63,703 bases of DNA from a virus (IMGVR_UViG_3300046709_000146:1-63703), one strand, 5' to 3'; counted from the first letter of the stretch, positions 18,864 through 29,931 are shown. A program made the numbers and translations. The notes: a model not told the origin generated them from the sequence alone.

Positions 18864-19108
18864 CGCCGGCGCTTCATCACTGCCCCTGCGGTCAGGCGAT
18901 ACCGCTCGACGAAGGCGAGCTGTGCGAGCGCTGCGCCGACGAGCGCGCTGCAGACGAGCACGACGAGAGCTGCGACTGCGAGCGCTGCGCGCGCGAGGCC
19001 GCCCGCTACCAGCGCCTGCTGCGCGAGCGCGCCGCGCTGCACGTAGGCGGGCTGTCGAGTTTCGGCCGAGAGGTTCTCGGCTGGGTGAGTGAAGGAGATT
19101 CCGAATGA
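18860..19108 (+). CDS. Small Cys-rich (Zn-finger-like) protein
   Basis: CPCG...CERC...CDCERC. Confidence 0.55.
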   Translation: MTPALHHCPCGQAIPLDEGELCERCADERAADEHDESCDCERCAREAARYQRLLRERAALHVGGLSSFGREVLGWVSEGDSE

Positions 19109-19377
19109 CTGACAACGCATGGACCGTGCGCACCTGGTCGCGCACGCACGCGACGCACGGGGCGTTTTTCGTGGGCACGCTGAACGCCGGCGAGGCGACC
19201 GCGCAGCGCGTCTACGGACCCGCGCCGCACAAGGTCGAGGACCTGGCGCCGCTCGCGCCGTTCGCCAACGTGGCGCTCGCCATGATCGCGTGCGAGCAGC
19301 GCATCGCCGAGCTCGACCAGGCCATCGTCGACGAGACCTGCGCCGACCTGCGCGCCTATGCCGGGAGGGTCGCGTGA
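19105..19377 (+). CDS. Hypothetical protein
   Basis: 90 aa with ATGA/GTGA coupling. Confidence 0.55.
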   Translation: MTDNAWTVRTWSRTHATHGAFFVGTLNAGEATAQRVYGPAPHKVEDLAPLAPFANVALAMIACEQRIAELDQAIVDETCADLRAYAGRVA

Positions 19378-19871
19378 GGCTGTACGAGTTGACCGCTCAG
19401 TTCGAGCAGCTGCTGCAGCTCGCCGAGGAGCACGAGCCGGGCGACGCGCTGCTCGCTGCTGCGCTCGAGGACGCTGCCGAGGCCATCGAGCAGAAGTGCG
19501 CCGGCATCGGCAAGGTGCTCGCGCAGCTCGACGCAGACGCCGCTGCGTGCGCGACCGAGGCCGAGCGTCTGCAGACCAAGGCGCGCCGCTTTGTCGGCAA
19601 CGCCGAGAACCTGCGCGCCTACGTGCAGCACAACATGCTCGTGCGCGGCATCGACAAGATCGAGGGCGAGACGTTCACGTTCAAGCTCGTGCAGAACCCC
19701 GAGCGCGTCGAGGTCGACAACCTCGCGATCGTGCCGGCCGAGTACAAGAAGACCAAGGTCGTCGAGACGACTGCGGTGGACAAGCGCGCCGTGCTCGACG
19801 CGTACAAGCGGACGGGCGAGTGCATCTCCGGGACGCGCGTCGAGCGCGGGCAGCGGCTGGTGATCAAGTGA
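19374..19871 (+). CDS. Siphovirus Gp157-family protein
   Basis: LYELT...IEQK...EAERL...LRAYV...VPAEY...VDKRAV. Confidence 0.85.
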   Translation: MRLYELTAQFEQLLQLAEEHEPGDALLAAALEDAAEAIEQKCAGIGKVLAQLDADAAACATEAERLQTKARRFVGNAENLRAYVQHNMLVRGIDKIEGETFTFKLVQNPERVEVDNLAIVPAEYKKTKVVETTAVDKRAVLDAYKRTGECISGTRVERGQRLVIK

Positions 19872-20566
19872 CGCCTGTCGGCAGGCCATTCCAGAAGCAG
19901 TTCGACGCGAACCCCGGCGACCGCTACGGGCATCGCGTCATCGTGCGAGAGATTGAGCGCGACGTGCGCGGACAACGCCGCGTAGTCGTGCTCTGCGACC
20001 TCTGCGGAGACGAGCAGGTTACGCGTTTTCACGTGCTGCGCGAGGGCGCTGCCGCGTGCCTGGCGTGCGCGAACCAGGGATTCCAGACAATGGAGGAGCG
20101 CTTCTGGGACAAGGCGTTTCCTGAGCCGAACAGCGGCTGCTGGCTGTGGACCGGAGTCGTTGACGGCGCCGGCTACGCGATGTTCATGCGCAAGGGCAAG
20201 CTCGTTCGAGCGTCGCGCTTTTCGTTCGAGCTTGCTGGCACGCCTGTCCCGAAGGGTAAGGTTGTCTGTCACCGCTGCGACAACCCAATTTGCGTTGCCC
20301 CTCCCCACCTATACGTCGGCACGCACAAGAGCAACGCGGACGATCGCACCATGCGCAACCGCGACGGCGGGCCGCTGCGTCGTGGCGACGGCAACGGGCG
20401 CGCGGTCCTGACGTGGGAGCTCGTGCAGGAGATACGCGCGAAGTGGGCGCTCAACATGCCGGGTCGAAAGCCGCTGCACACGAAGCGCAGTCTGAGCCGC
20501 GAGTACAAGGTGAGTGACGTGCAGATCGGTCACATCGTGACCGGTCGACAGTGGCAAGTGAAGTGA
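19868..20566 (+). CDS. HNH homing endonuclease
   Basis: ERFWDK...GCWLWTG...VCHRCDNPICVAPPHL..GT.KSNADD. Confidence 0.85.
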   Translation: MTPVGRPFQKQFDANPGDRYGHRVIVREIERDVRGQRRVVVLCDLCGDEQVTRFHVLREGAAACLACANQGFQTMEERFWDKAFPEPNSGCWLWTGVVDGAGYAMFMRKGKLVRASRFSFELAGTPVPKGKVVCHRCDNPICVAPPHLYVGTHKSNADDRTMRNRDGGPLRRGDGNGRAVLTWELVQEIRAKWALNMPGRKPLHTKRSLSREYKVSDVQIGHIVTGRQWQVK

Positions 20567-20588
20567 GTGAGTAAGAAGGAGTCTACCT

Positions 20589-21626
20589 ATGTCCATGTTC
20601 AAGAAAGCAACCAAGGCCCAAGCCAAGCTGCGTCTCGCCATCGTCGGAGTGAGCGGCGGCGGCAAGACGTACACTGCGCTGCGCATCGCCAAGAGCCTTG
20701 GCCAGCGTATTGCGCTCATCGATACGGAGCGCGGCAGCGCCAGTAAGTACGCGGGAGACGTCGCCGACTTTGACGTGCTCGAGCTCGAGCAGTTCGCGCC
20801 GAGCGAGTACGTCAAGGCCATCCGCGCTGCGGAGAAAGAGGGCTACGACGTTCTCATCGTCGACTCGCTCAGCCACGCCTGGAGCGGCAAGGGCGGCGCG
20901 CTCGAGATGGTCGACGACGCGGCCGCGCGCAGCAAGAGCAAGAACTCGTTCACAGCGTGGCGCGAGGTCACGCCCGAGCAGAACGCGATGGTCGAGGCTA
21001 TCCTGACTGCGCGCATGCACGTCATCTGCACGATGCGCGCAAAGACCGAGTACATTCTCGAGGCCGGGCCGAACGGAACCAAGACGCCGACCAAGATCGG
21101 CATGGCCCCAATTCAGCGGGATCAAATTGAATTTGAGTTTGATGTCGTCGGCGACATCGACACCGAGCACAAGATGATCATCAGCAAATCGCGCTGCGCC
21201 ACGCTCGACAAGAAAGTGTTTCGTAACCCCGGCGAGGAGATTGGACGGGAGCTGCTCGCCTGGCTCACGGACGGCGCCCCCGTCGTCGAGCGCGTCGACC
21301 CGGTCGCACTGCTGCTCGAGAAGCTGCCCGAGGTGCGCACGCCCGAGGCGTACGCCGCAGAGCTCGAGACCGCCAAGCGCCTGCGTCCCACGATGAGTGT
21401 GGTCGTGCGCGAGGCCGTCAAGCTCGAGCTCGAGCGCGCCGCCGCACGCGTCAAGCAGGCGCAGGAGGACGCCGCCGAGGCTGAGGCCGCCGAGCGCGCG
21501 CTCGCTGCGCAGGAGGCTGCCGAGCAGGGCGATGCCCCTTTGGCATCGACCTCGAGCGCTACTACCGAGCCTGGTTCCGCGCCCAGCTTGAGCGGTGAGA
21601 CGCTTGCTGCAGGAGGTGCCCAGTGA
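20589..21626 (+). CDS. Sak4-like AAA ATPase (recombination protein)
   Basis: GVSGGGKT, IDTERGS, IVDSLSHAW; sits in a Gp157-ATPase-SSB module. Confidence 0.8.
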   Translation: MSMFKKATKAQAKLRLAIVGVSGGGKTYTALRIAKSLGQRIALIDTERGSASKYAGDVADFDVLELEQFAPSEYVKAIRAAEKEGYDVLIVDSLSHAWSGKGGALEMVDDAAARSKSKNSFTAWREVTPEQNAMVEAILTARMHVICTMRAKTEYILEAGPNGTKTPTKIGMAPIQRDQIEFEFDVVGDIDTEHKMIISKSRCATLDKKVFRNPGEEIGRELLAWLTDGAPVVERVDPVALLLEKLPEVRTPEAYAAELETAKRLRPTMSVVVREAVKLELERAAARVKQAQEDAAEAEAAERALAAQEAAEQGDAPLASTSSATTEPGSAPSLSGETLAAGGAQ

Positions 21627-22165
21627 ATGTATGGGCGATAAGCGGTCGCTTAGGCCACGACCCGCGCCTTGCCGCGACACGCGACGGCACTGCTGTCCTG
21701 AACCTGAGCGTCGCTGTCGACCAGCGCGTCAAACGTGACGGGCAGTGGGTCAAAGACACGCTCTGGGTCGACGTGACGCTGTTCGGCACGCGCGCCGAGC
21801 CGCTCAGTCGCATGCTGCGCAAGGGCGGCATGGTGGGCGCGCACGGGCGCCTGGGCCTGCGCCACTACGAGGCGCGCGACGGCAGCCAGAAGACCGCGCT
21901 GGAGCTGGTCGCTGAAGACCTCGAGCCGCTCGCGGACGCGCCCGGCCAGGAGCGCTACGAGCGCGCGCCGGCTGCCGCAGGGGCGGGCGCAGCGCGTCAG
22001 GGCGCGAGCTTCGGCGGCGCGCACCGCGACGAGCTGGCCGGCCAGCAGACGCGCGGCGGCGCAGCTGCGCGCGGGCAGCAGGACCTCGGCGCGCGCGCTC
22101 GCGCAGCAGACGGCGCGTACGACTACGCGGCGCCGCCTGACGCGATCGACGACATTCCATTTTAG
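21623..22165 (+). CDS. ssb: Single-stranded DNA-binding protein
   Basis: SGRLGHDP OB fold; C-terminal DDIPF. Confidence 0.95.
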   Translation: MNVWAISGRLGHDPRLAATRDGTAVLNLSVAVDQRVKRDGQWVKDTLWVDVTLFGTRAEPLSRMLRKGGMVGAHGRLGLRHYEARDGSQKTALELVAEDLEPLADAPGQERYERAPAAAGAGAARQGASFGGAHRDELAGQQTRGGAAARGQQDLGARARAADGAYDYAAPPDAIDDIPF

Positions 22166-22590
22166 CCCGGTTGGGCTGCTCTCCGAGCGGCGTCCTGATC
22201 GGGCAACGAGCCTTGTTTTGCAGTGTGAGACCACGCTGCGCAAGGCCGTTGCTGATCACCACATATGGGCTACCTGACATGGCGATGACCGACGACGACC
22301 AGACCGGCGAGCGCCCCACGCACGGCCAGCTGCTGCGCGTCGTGCACAGCTGGTGCTGCGCGCACGGCGCCGTGCTGCTCGGGCTCGGGCTCGAGAACCA
22401 GGACAGCGTGCTCTACTGGCGCGCCGAGGTGCGCCTCGCGTCGGGCCTGCGCGTGCAGGCGCTGGGCGCGGACGCGTGCGAGGTCGTGCGGAGCCTCGAC
22501 CTGGGGCTTGACGTGCAGGTGCTCAACTAGCGCGAGGGCAGGTATCAACCGAGCTGACAGTCTCAGCCGGGTGCGGTAAAGTGTCTGACC

Positions 22591-22893
22591 TTGACGACCG
22601 CAAGCACCCCGGCCCCTGCAGCACGCCCCGCCTGGAAAGAGGCGCTGTTCAACTACGGGACGCTCGTGGCCACGCTGGTCGCGGTGCTAGGCACTCTGTT
22701 CGGGCAGATCTCGGCGTTGCGCGAGCTGAGCGCCGTCGCCAACACGCAGCTCACCGAGATTGAGCGGCGCCTCGGCAAGGCTGAGGAGCGCGACGAGCAG
22801 GCACGCGAGCGCGACGAAAAGATGCTCGCGATGATTGCCGCGATGCAGGCGTCGATCGCTCGCATCGAGGCGCGGCTCGAAGCGAAGCCATGA
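22591..22893 (+). CDS. Small membrane protein with coiled coil
   Basis: One hydrophobic helix GTLVATLVAVLGTLFG followed by heptads. Confidence 0.5.
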   Translation: MTTASTPAPAARPAWKEALFNYGTLVATLVAVLGTLFGQISALRELSAVANTQLTEIERRLGKAEERDEQARERDEKMLAMIAAMQASIARIEARLEAKP

Positions 22894-23399
22894 AGACGCC
22901 GACACGCGAGGAGCTCGACGCTATCCCGGTCTCGGACGAGGAGGAGCGCGAGTACCTGCACAAGCGCGCGCAGATTCGGCTCGCGCTCTACCTGGCGGAC
23001 ATCCCAAGCACGCTCGAGTGGGCGCTCGTGATGGTCGACGCGGCAACGCAGGTGCTGGTCATCCAGGGCATGCCGCGCGGCTTCTACTTGGAGCTGGCCA
23101 CATCGCAGTTCGCGCACAGCGCGAGCAAGCCACGGCGACCGCGACCGCCCTCGGCGGCGGCGCTTGCCGGCTTGCGCAGCACGGACGTGAAGCGCGTGCA
23201 GCAGCTGTTCGACGCGCTGCGCGCGCACAAGCTCGACGTCGCAGGAGACAGCGCCGTTGCCCCGCACCTCATCGGCCTCGCTGCCGACGTGCTCGCCGAC
23301 AACGCGGTCACGCCGCAGATGTTCTGCCAGCTCTGCGCCTACGCGTACGAGCTCGCCGAGAAGCGCGTCACGGCGATGGGCAAGGCGCACCAGGCTTAG
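22890..23399 (+). CDS. Hypothetical protein
   Basis: 169 aa, ATGA-coupled. Confidence 0.55.
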   Translation: MKTPTREELDAIPVSDEEEREYLHKRAQIRLALYLADIPSTLEWALVMVDAATQVLVIQGMPRGFYLELATSQFAHSASKPRRPRPPSAAALAGLRSTDVKRVQQLFDALRAHKLDVAGDSAVAPHLIGLAADVLADNAVTPQMFCQLCAYAYELAEKRVTAMGKAHQA

Positions 23400-23649
23400 C
23401 GCCGCCCCATCTCCTCACGCAATCGCGCGACCTCGCGCTCGAGAACGTGCAGCGCGAGGCGCATCTCGAGGTTCGACGCTAGCGTTCGATGTCCGATGTC
23501 CTTGCCGTCGATGATGACGAGGACGGCGCCCGTGCGCGCCTCGGTCGGATCCATCAGCTCGAGCATGTCGAGCAGCGCGCTCGCCTTCTGGTGCAGTGGG
23601 CAGCCAGCCGCCGCGTCGTCGCGCACGCCGTCATGGTGCGGGCAGTCGC

Positions 23650-23913
23650 TCATCCTTTGGCCTTCGGGTCGACCATCTGCTCCTGCATCTCCTTGGCGCT
23701 GTGCACGAGCAGCACGACGGCCGCCTGCGGGTCGGTGATGTTGGTCGCGGTCGCTGCGGCGAGGACGTCCTCGGTGCCATTGCGCGGCAGGCCGTACGCG
23801 ATTGCGTAGACGAGCTCGGGGTGCGCCATGCGGATGGGCCGTAGCGCTATCTCGATGCTGCGCCCGAGCTCGGCCATCTCGGCGCGCGTGGGGCGGGGCT
23901 CGGGGTCGGTCAT
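23650..23913 (-). CDS. Hypothetical protein
   Basis: 87 aa, coupled to neighbours. Confidence 0.5.
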   Translation of the reverse strand: MTDPEPRPTRAEMAELGRSIEIALRPIRMAHPELVYAIAYGLPRNGTEDVLAAATATNITDPQAAVVLLVHSAKEMQEQMVDPKAKG

Positions 23914-24755
23914 GGGCAGAACCGCTTGAGCGCTGCGGCGACGAGCTTCGCATCGTCTGCAAGCGCGCTCTTTCGGCGTGGCTGTTTGAGCAGGCGTTCC
24001 ATCGCAGCTCGCTCTAGTCCGGTAACCGCAAACCCTGCCGCGCCCTCGTCTTGGATACCGCGCCTGGCAAGGTCCTCGCGGACAAGAATCTCAAGCTCGA
24101 CAGCCTGGCGCTTGGCCTCCTCCTCGTCTGCAACTGCTTTGCCGTCGTACCACTCAGCCCCGTACTGCTCCGAGTCGACGCGCGCTACAGCGCGATAGCC
24201 GGTCTCGTAGCTCTGAATGATAGTGGTGATGCGAACGAGCGGAGATCGAGGCCGCTTGAGCGCCCAGTCGCGGCTGTCTCGATCAAACATGCCGCGAGTC
24301 ACGTTGTTTTTGAACCGGTCATGCACCTTCTCAACCAGCGGCGCTGCAGCTGCTAGGTACGCAGCGCGCGCAGCAGGGTCTTCCGGCACTGCGCCAAGTT
24401 CCTCCACGACCCAGGGGAGAGGCTCTGCCGGCTTCATCGACACATAGCTGTAGTACGCGTCGATCGACAAGCAGATCGCGCTTGGCGGACGCGCACGATA
24501 GAGCGTCCACAGTTCGCCGTACTGCACTCCTTCGCGCGTGTTGCAGCTCGAGCAGAGCACGCCGCGCTCAAGCCCTGTCTTGTGGCAGTGGTCGACAAGA
24601 TAGCGCTCGCCGTTTGCTCGCGTGCGTCCGCAGACTGCGCAACGCTCGGCCTGCCACGTTCTGTAGTGGACGCCGGGCTCAGGCGGCGGCCACAGGTGAC
24701 ACGCAGGCGCGTCGACATCCTCGGGCTTCTGTGTAGTTACTTCTGACTGCTGCAT
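23910..24755 (-). CDS. Endonuclease VII-domain protein
   Basis: CAVCG...VDHCHKTG.ERGVLCSSCNTREG. Confidence 0.75.
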   Translation of the reverse strand: MQQSEVTTQKPEDVDAPACHLWPPPEPGVHYRTWQAERCAVCGRTRANGERYLVDHCHKTGLERGVLCSSCNTREGVQYGELWTLYRARPPSAICLSIDAYYSYVSMKPAEPLPWVVEELGAVPEDPAARAAYLAAAAPLVEKVHDRFKNNVTRGMFDRDSRDWALKRPRSPLVRITTIIQSYETGYRAVARVDSEQYGAEWYDGKAVADEEEAKRQAVELEILVREDLARRGIQDEGAAGFAVTGLERAAMERLLKQPRRKSALADDAKLVAAALKRFCP

Positions 24756-24762
24756 ACCTCTC

Positions 24763-25803
24763 CTAAAGCAGCCCGTCCGCTGCGTTGTCCGTGAACAGTT
24801 CTGCGTCTCGAACGTAGCGCATGACCATCTCGACCGACGTATGCCCGGTCTGCTTCATGATGGTGGATGTCTTTTTGTGGTTCTTGGAAGCGGACGTCAC
24901 GAGCCCAGCGCGCAGCGAATGGCCTGCAAGGCTTGCGATGTCTTCCTTCTTTGTGCCCGACGCTGCTGCCGTGCGCTTGACGATGCGCGCGACCTCGCGC
25001 GCGCACAGGGGCGTTGCGCTGATGTTCTGGTGGCGATCGACGCCTCGAAACACATAGCCGTCCGTGATGCCCGACTGCTCGAGCCACGACTGCAGCGCGA
25101 GCACCGGGCATGCGCGCTGCGAGATGCGCGAGTATGGCAGCCCGACGTTGCGCCCGAGCTGCGCCTGGTCTGTCTTGCTCTTGCGAAGCCGCACGACCAC
25201 ACCCTCGCCGGGCCTAAAGGACAGATCAGACACCTGGAGCTCGACGATCTCGGAGCGCCGAAATGCGCCTGTAAACCCCACCAAAAGCAGAGCTCGGTCG
25301 CGCGTCCCTCGCAGCGAGTCGGGGAGCACCTCGACCATGGCGCTCAGCGTCTGCGCCAGGACCGGCGTCTTGCGCTCTCGCGGAACGGCGCCGAGCGTGT
25401 TGCGGATTCCCGTGAACGTTTCGCGCACGGCCTGGTGCTTGCGCGGCGCATCGTATCCCTCTCGCAGATGGCGCTTGTTGATCGCCGTCAGCGCGAGTGA
25501 AATCGAGGCGGGGAGCCAGGGCTTGTCTTTCCTCTTCTTGTCACCGTCCGGCATGCCCTCGCATCTCTTGCCCCAGGCAAGCGCCGTGATGTACTTGACG
25601 AGCGTCTCTGGCATGCACGGCAGAGCGCCGTGGCCACGCCGCTCGCACCAGTCTGCAAACAGACTCCACTGATATGCGTACGCCTCGTGCGTGCGCAGCG
25701 CCTTGGACCGTTTGGCGTACGCGACCGCCTGCTCTTCGAGCTGCTTCTCGTGAGGCTCCGCTAGCGCGTACTGCGCGTCGTCGTCGACCCGTCTCAGGCT
25801 CAT
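24763..25803 (-). CDS. Cre-like tyrosine site-specific recombinase
   Basis: RDRALLLVGF.GAFRRSE, RKSKTDQ, GHSLRAG, QTGHTS..MVMRY (R-K-H-R-H-Y catalytic set). Confidence 0.92.
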   Translation of the reverse strand: MSLRRVDDDAQYALAEPHEKQLEEQAVAYAKRSKALRTHEAYAYQWSLFADWCERRGHGALPCMPETLVKYITALAWGKRCEGMPDGDKKRKDKPWLPASISLALTAINKRHLREGYDAPRKHQAVRETFTGIRNTLGAVPRERKTPVLAQTLSAMVEVLPDSLRGTRDRALLLVGFTGAFRRSEIVELQVSDLSFRPGEGVVVRLRKSKTDQAQLGRNVGLPYSRISQRACPVLALQSWLEQSGITDGYVFRGVDRHQNISATPLCAREVARIVKRTAAASGTKKEDIASLAGHSLRAGLVTSASKNHKKTSTIMKQTGHTSVEMVMRYVRDAELFTDNAADGLL

Positions 25804-25832
25804 CTTTTGACACTCCTATCGTGTGACGGATC

Positions 25833-25866
25833 TAGAGGCCCCTAAGGAAAGGATTAGTGGCCTCCA
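25833..25866. other. lox-like 34-bp recombination site candidate
   Basis: TAGAGGCCCCTAA-GGAAAGGA-TTAGTGGCCTCCA: 13-bp inverted arms (2 mismatches) around an 8-bp asymmetric spacer, 30 bp upstream of the recombinase. Confidence 0.7.
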
Positions 25867-26381
25867 GCTGTCAAGTTCAGGGCAGGGCCAAGCCCCGCGC
25901 CGCATCGTAAAGCTCGCCGACCATCGCGAGCACGTTGTCGCGCGTGTCGAGTGCGAGCACGTCGACCGCGATGCTCAGCAGCGCCGCCGCGGTCACCGGG
26001 TCGCGCACGTCGAGCTCGGCGCGCTCGAGCGCGATGCGCGCGGCAATCTCGCGGTGCGCGAGCTGCTCGAGGAGGTTCATGGCTTGCCGCATCGCATTGC
26101 TCCGCATCGCGTGCAGGTGCGCCCGTCGTCGAGGTCCATCGCGAAGCTGTGCTTGCAGTCGCGCGACTCGTCGCGCACGGGCTCGACATTCCGCACGGCC
26201 CACGTGCCGACCAGCGTCTGCTCGGACGTGCGGCAGACGCCGCTGAGCTTGTCCGGGTCCGCGAGCATGCTCGTCGCGACGCGCAGCAGCACGGCGCGCA
26301 CCTCGGCGGTCGGGTGCTGCGGGTCGAACGCGTCGCCCTCGATGCTCATCACCAAGACGAAGCTCCTTTGCCGCGCGCGGC

Positions 26382-26612
26382 TCACCGGAAGCTGCTCGGC
26401 CAAGGGAAGCGCTCGGGCGTGCTTGCCGGCTCGAGCGTTGCGAGCTGGAACGTGTCGACTTGGCCCGTGCCGTCGCCGAGCTCCCACGCGCACACGCACC
26501 TGGGCAGTTCGTCGTCGAGTTCGACGCTCAGCACCGTCAGCACCGGACCGCCTGAGCGCAGCCGCACCTGGTCGCCCACGTTGATGGGACCGTCGAGAGG
26601 ATCGACGCTCAC
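26382..26612 (-). CDS. YodC/DUF2158-family protein
   Basis: VGDQVRLRSGGPVLTV...CAW. Confidence 0.75.
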   Translation of the reverse strand: MSVDPLDGPINVGDQVRLRSGGPVLTVLSVELDDELPRCVCAWELGDGTGQVDTFQLATLEPASTPERFPWPSSFR

Positions 26613-27193
26613 GACGCCTCCGCCTTGCGCGCGCGCAGGTCGGCCTTGATGTCCGCGAGCGATTTCTCGAGCTCCTCGATCGCCTCGGCCCGCGTCGCGC
26701 TCGTCGTCCACGTGACGTGCCCGGGCGCCTCGGTGTTGAACACCAAGAGCACGAACCCCTCGTTCGGGAACAGCCGCTTGGCGACCTGGCGAGCTATCTC
26801 CTGGGCCTTGTTTTTCAGCTCCTCGAGAGGCGTCGCAGCAGCGAGCGGGCGCTTGCACCAGGACACGACCTGCTTGGCCCGCTGCACGAACGCGAGCGGG
26901 TTCTCGCCCTGCTTGCCCAGCAGGTCCTGGCTTGCGGCGAGCGCGGCGACGAGCAGCGTGTCGCGCAGGTCCTCGTTCTTGGCGTCGGTCATTTCCTCGA
27001 GCTCGGGCTTGTCGTAGACCAGCGCGCCTGCGGCCTGCAGGAGCTTGTGCGCGCGGCGCAGCGTCTCGTTGAAGTTTTCTGGCGGCAGTCCGATGACCGC
27101 GGTCACGTACTCGTCGAGGTCGTCGATGAGCACGCCCTTGCCGCCAGGCGTGGCGCGTATCGTCGGCTCGTGCGGTGTCGTCTTGTCTGTCAT
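26609..27193 (-). CDS. Hypothetical protein
   Basis: 194 aa with normal composition. Confidence 0.6.
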   Translation of the reverse strand: MTDKTTPHEPTIRATPGGKGVLIDDLDEYVTAVIGLPPENFNETLRRAHKLLQAAGALVYDKPELEEMTDAKNEDLRDTLLVAALAASQDLLGKQGENPLAFVQRAKQVVSWCKRPLAAATPLEELKNKAQEIARQVAKRLFPNEGFVLLVFNTEAPGHVTWTTSATRAEAIEELEKSLADIKADLRARKAEAS

Positions 27194-27808
27194 CCGTCCC
27201 CCTTGCTGCGCAGCACGCGCAGCACGCTGCGCAGCGCGCAGTTCTCGCCCGTGGCGCGCAGAAACTCCGCGCTCAGAATCGCATCGTGCGTCTCGGTCAG
27301 CGCGTTGAACGCGCGCCGCCGCATGCTCGCTGTCCAGGTCGACAGACCGAACAGCGCCAGCAGGCAGACGCTCGTCACGTGCAGTCGACCAGGCCCCGTC
27401 GCCGAGGCGCTACGCACCGCCACCGCCACCAGCTGCGCGAGCCCCAGCGCGCCGATGACCGCGAGCAGCCCGTAGTCGATGCGGCACCAGCGCCGGTGCG
27501 CGCGCGCCAGCGGCACGAGCAGCTGGTAGGGGTCCGCCTCGGACTGCAGCGCGATGACGTCCGACATGCTCACGGCGCCTCCCGTCCCTCGATGCGAGCT
27601 GCCAGCTTCTCGAGCCTCGTCGCGAGGTCCAGGTCGCGCGCCCTCTGCTCGAGCACGCGTCGACGCTCGCTGGCCTGCCCGAGCAGCACTCCGCTCATGA
27701 GGCCGACCGTCAGCCCGCGCCCGTACGCGTCGAGCAGCGGCCCCCACCAGCGCGACGAGATGCCCAGCGCGAGCAGCACGACGAGTAACACGATTGCCTC
27801 CCAGCGCG

Positions 27809-28441
27809 TCACGGCCACTGCTCGCGCTGCAGCACGGCGAGCACGCTCTGCGGCAAGGTGCCCATGCCCAGTACGCCGCGCACGCGAGCGACCTCGTGGC
27901 AGAGGTGCGCCTGCGACGAGACGCGCGTGCCCTTGTCGAGCGCGGTATGGGTCGGCTCCTCGACGTCGCTTGCGCAGAGCGCCGGGTCGCTCAGCACGAA
28001 GTGCGTGCGGCACGCCAGCGGACGGTCGCGGTAGATCGTGCAGCGGCGCTCGGCGTCGAGAAACGCGCACGGCATGCGCATCGCGTGGTAGGCCGCAGCG
28101 GCCTGCCGCTCGACGTCGCGACTGCCGAACAACTCCTTCACCGTAAACGCGAGCTCGCGCTCGATGCGCTGCGCCTGGTCGAGCAGCTTCGGAAGGGCGC
28201 GCACGACCGCCGCGCGATTGCGCGCCACGATGTACTCGGCCTCGGTCGTCTCGGTCAGCACGATGAGCGAGCAGCAGCCTGCCTCCGCGTGCGCGCAGCC
28301 CGCGGTGCACTGCACGTGGTACTGCGCCGCCTCGGGCCGCGCGTCGGCCTTGACGTGCGCGGCGTCGACCTTCGCGATGAGCTCGCCGAGATACTGCTGC
28401 AGGTGCACGCGCTGGCGTCTGCGCTCCTGGGCGGGCTTCAC
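27809..28441 (-). CDS. YkgJ-like (CxxCxxCC) Fe-S/Zn cluster protein
   Basis: CTAGC...GCC...CAFLD...CTIYRDRPLACR. Confidence 0.8.
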   Translation of the reverse strand: MKPAQERRRQRVHLQQYLGELIAKVDAAHVKADARPEAAQYHVQCTAGCAHAEAGCCSLIVLTETTEAEYIVARNRAAVVRALPKLLDQAQRIERELAFTVKELFGSRDVERQAAAAYHAMRMPCAFLDAERRCTIYRDRPLACRTHFVLSDPALCASDVEEPTHTALDKGTRVSSQAHLCHEVARVRGVLGMGTLPQSVLAVLQREQWP

Positions 28442-29931
28442 GCGTCACCCTCCGGCTTGTCCCGCCGCACCATCGTCGTGCTAAAGCCTGCGCGCGCCAT
28501 GTGCTCAGCGTACCGCTCGCGCACGAGGTCGAGCATCGACTCCGCAAGCGCGCGCGACGGCAGCGGCTCGAACCTGTGGTCGGCACCGTTCCACCTGATG
28601 ACGACCTGCCAGTGCTGGCCTACGCGCTGCACGAGAAACTCCGGCCCGATGAGCGGCGGCTTTTGCAGGCCGCTCGTCACGACGCGCGCTCCTTGTTGGC
28701 GCGCTCGAGCTCGCAGCACTGCGCGTGCAGCACGTCGGCGAACGCGACCGCCTCCTCACGCGTCGCGAACACGCCCGCGTGCAGCGTCTCGCGTAGCCCG
28801 TCCGGCTGCTCGAGCCGCACCTCGACGCCGTACACGCCGCGCAGAACGTCCTGCGTGACCGCGACCTGCGTGTGCATGTAGCGCTCGGCAGGCCGCGTCA
28901 TTGGGCGAGCTTTCGCGCGTCGGCCTCGATCTGGTCGGCGACCTGGCGCAGCACGCTGGCCAGCAGTCCGATGTGACGCGGGTCGCGCGTCGACATCGAA
29001 AAGCCCGTGCCGCGCCGGCCATCGACCACGATGGCGCACGTCGTCTGCGCGCCCGTCACGGCGAGCAGGAGCTCGCACTCCGCATCGTACTTGCCGCCGC
29101 TGCCGATGGTCATCGCGTAGGCTCCTCGGTCAGCGGGGCGTCCTCCGGGTCGTGCTGCTTGGTGAACCAGTCGCACGCTGCGCCCGGACACCACTCGTAC
29201 GCGCCGAGCCCGCCGCCGAACGCGACGCCGTAGCCCGTCTCGCAGTGCGCGCCGCACCTCGGGCACAGCGTCCGGCCGCACTTGATGCACGACTCCATCT
29301 CAGCCCTCCTCGGCGAAGTGCGGACCCGCTGCGGCGATGCGCTCGAGCTCAGCGCGCAGCAGGCTGCATATCTCGTTGAACGCGTCGAGCTGCTCGGGCT
29401 CAGGCAGCTTGCCCAGCGTGGGAGACTGCCGGACGCAGTTGATGGCGAGGCGCGTGACCAGGCCCGGCGTGTCGAGCACGCGCTGCGCGGTCTCTGCATG
29501 CGTCGGCGAGCGCATCGACGCGCGCGTCACGGCTGCACCAGACAGCGCCGATTGCAGCGCATTGCAGCGCTACCAGTTGGGAGCGACATGAAGGAAACCC
29601 CTTCCCCGAAAGCGTGCGCGGGGGGTCGCGCACTCTCGGTTGATAACACCCGATCGCAAAAATGTCAGACGAAAAGCAGGCGAGCTCAGCAGACGAAATG
29701 CGGACAGCAGGGGTCCGGGGAAGACACTCGCGTTACCGGGGGAATGGTGGTCGCGCTGCTGACGCGCGCCTGCTGAGCTCGCCTCGCGCCGAGCGTGACA
29801 CACGGCTGCCGTCGCGAGTCGGACAAAAAAGAGCGCACGTCACCATGGCTTGTTCATCCAGCGCAGCCAGCGCACGAGCAGCCACGCGCCGACCACGACG
29901 CAGACGCTGCCGAAGAACGCCTCCGGCCAGG

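Noticed and set aside
22165-22250. tRNA or structured ncRNA after ssb
   Set aside because: Only an imperfect hairpin; no cloverleaf or T-loop consensus.
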